Below, in pieces: positions 62,401 through 64,000 of a DNA stretch of 64,000 bases. The translations under genes were made by a program, and so were the position numbers. The stretch's first letter is position 1, and every line of letters begins with the position of its first letter. Below the pieces are notes generated by a model. That model did not search any database, was not told the origin of the DNA, and was given only the letters and a program-made list of their open reading frames with translations. The DNA is from Klebsormidium nitens. Taxonomy: Eukaryota > Plantae > Klebsormidiophyceae. The DNA lies in NCBI GenBank assembly GCA_000708835.1, contig DF237382.1:14833-78832 (forward strand). Reading direction: 5' to 3'.

Positions 62401-64000
62401 GTCATCATGTTCCCATTCTCTGGTTGAGTAGACGGTCGAACTCAGCGATCTCATCAGTCAAAACAGGACCGCTTGAGCAGACGCAGTGTTCGCGTCAGGA
62501 GATCGACTGATCCGTAAATCTTAGTGAATCGAAACCGCCTTGCGTTGACGATCTCTCGCGACAGGCGAGCTCGCAACAAAGCAAAGACGTTTTTCTTGGG
62601 ATCGATTTAAAGGGGCTAAGACGACTACGATACCTGAGCTGCAGTGCGGCTCAATCTGGATGTGTAGACCTGACGGCCTTCCGAAAGCGTCGTCTCAGTC
62701 ATTTGAGTTCGCTCAAGATTCCGTGATGAAGCAGGGCGCCAGTTTTGAATGTATCCAGCTGTAATCGCGGTCGTTACGAGGTGGTGCTGAGCTTTCGCTG
62801 CAAATTCGTCTGCGGAGAAGTAGAACCGGGCCACAGATCGCTATTCGAGATAACGCCTACCACCCGCACGTAAGCAAAATTTGTGGCGCACTTGGGCCGT
62901 TCCTCGATTGCAGCTATAGCTAGGCTGCACGACCTTCGCCGCTGTTTATTTCCTCGCCACTTCAGATTTGGAATCCTGGCGTCTGTGCTGAACGATCAGA
63001 AAAGGGAGTGTCTTTTGAGATGGTTATTGTGTTCAGTGTGACTTTCAGTGGGCTACTGAAAAGTGCCGCTCGGCACTGATAATCTGCGCTTTTTTGAGCA
63101 GCACCTTTCCTCAGGAGAAGTTCGCCGGGCTTGTTGCCGCGTCAGCAGCTGCATATGTTTCCACTCTGATTGCATGGCCTTGCATGGCAACTCGCGAACC
63201 GCAGTCGTCGGATCTGTTTTGGGCTCCGCCCAAAAGTCTTTATAAAGTGGCCAGTGCCTTTTCAAATTCAAATTCTAGATGCTGTCTTTCAAGAAGCTGC
63301 ATTCGCTTTTCTTGGCGGAAATGAAGCGAGGCCAAGCCGTGACGTCGGGCCAACAAAGTAACTCGTTGCCTTGTATACACGTTCAGCAACGGGGCGTCAG
63401 CTTTCCTAAGGTTGCGCCCGAGAAGAGCACTTGGTGACCAAGGGACTAGGCCGCTGGCTTGGACGTCTTCGAAGTAATCCCTCGTGCTGAGACCCTCCGG
63501 CGAGATGTCAGACACAGAATGGTCTTAGCTAAGGTTTAATCTCCGGGGCGCTATTCGAAAACGCCCAGTAAACAAGCCGTCTAAGCGCCGACCTAAGTTG
63601 TCGTGTTGAATGTGTGCGTCGCGTCTCTGGGGGGCATGTCAGGGGCCATATTTTGCAAAGGTCATAGTCTTCGGAGAGTTCCTTCAGGCGGGCATGCTAT
63701 TGTGGAATCAGCTATGCATTACGTTTAAAGTGGGTGCTCTTGGTTATGGTGGGCGCAAGAAATGAGGTTACATTGTGCTCTTCAGAGGCAAGAAAGGAAT
63801 CTTGAGAAGGTTAATATGCGTGGCAAACATGTCTGGTTGAATGCCATGACACCGAATGTTTTGCGGCGTTCGATAATTGCCTTCTCCGATCAACGAATGG
63901 CTTCCGATCTGCCTACGTCAGCATGTGTGCTTACTTCCGATGCCAATCCCTTGGGTCATATGACTAGAGGCTGGCGAGTAGTGCACCGTGTACCGAAAGG

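Noticed and set aside
63500-64000. Possible further RT remnant (HMLT*AD on the minus strand)
   Set aside because: A single weak motif with no supporting neighbours that I could verify.
1-64000. tRNA, rRNA or snoRNA genes (including in RPL38 introns)
   Set aside because: No cloverleaf, rRNA-like segment or convincing C/D or H/ACA box pair was recognised; a covariance-model search would be needed to exclude them.

Overview
Intron-rich eukaryotic nuclear DNA: GC-rich exons, GT-AG introns, CTAAC/CTGAC branch-point motifs. The gene set is plant-like; a streptophyte alga such as Klebsormidium is my inference and is unverified. I reconstructed nine spliced protein genes by hand and checked exon phases: a partial PQ-loop transporter (+), RPL38 (-), RNA Pol III subunit RPC6/POLR3F (+), an intron-containing erythromycin-esterase-family gene (-), a 77-aa DUF3339-like microprotein (+), DHX37-like DEAH helicase (-), SPCS1 (+), PIG-Q/GPI1 (+, 5' end unresolved across a 520-N gap) and an unrecognised ~408-aa secreted protein (-). 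The right third is mostly decayed repeat DNA, including two collinear LINE-like remnants. The most striking signal is that many introns carry serial, progressively decayed copies of the neighbouring exon/intron junction, including the splice site. Acceptor+exon-start copies lie upstream of the real acceptor, and exon-end+donor copies lie downstream of the real donor. I see this in at least six of the nine genes. Copies are usually weakened or lead to a stop/frameshift, and some could form poison or cassette exons or recursive splice points. A six-copy ~290-bp array with a donor-like motif in each unit sits antisense in the large PIG-Q intron. No rRNA, tRNA or CRISPR was seen. All coordinates are hand-derived and no database search was run.
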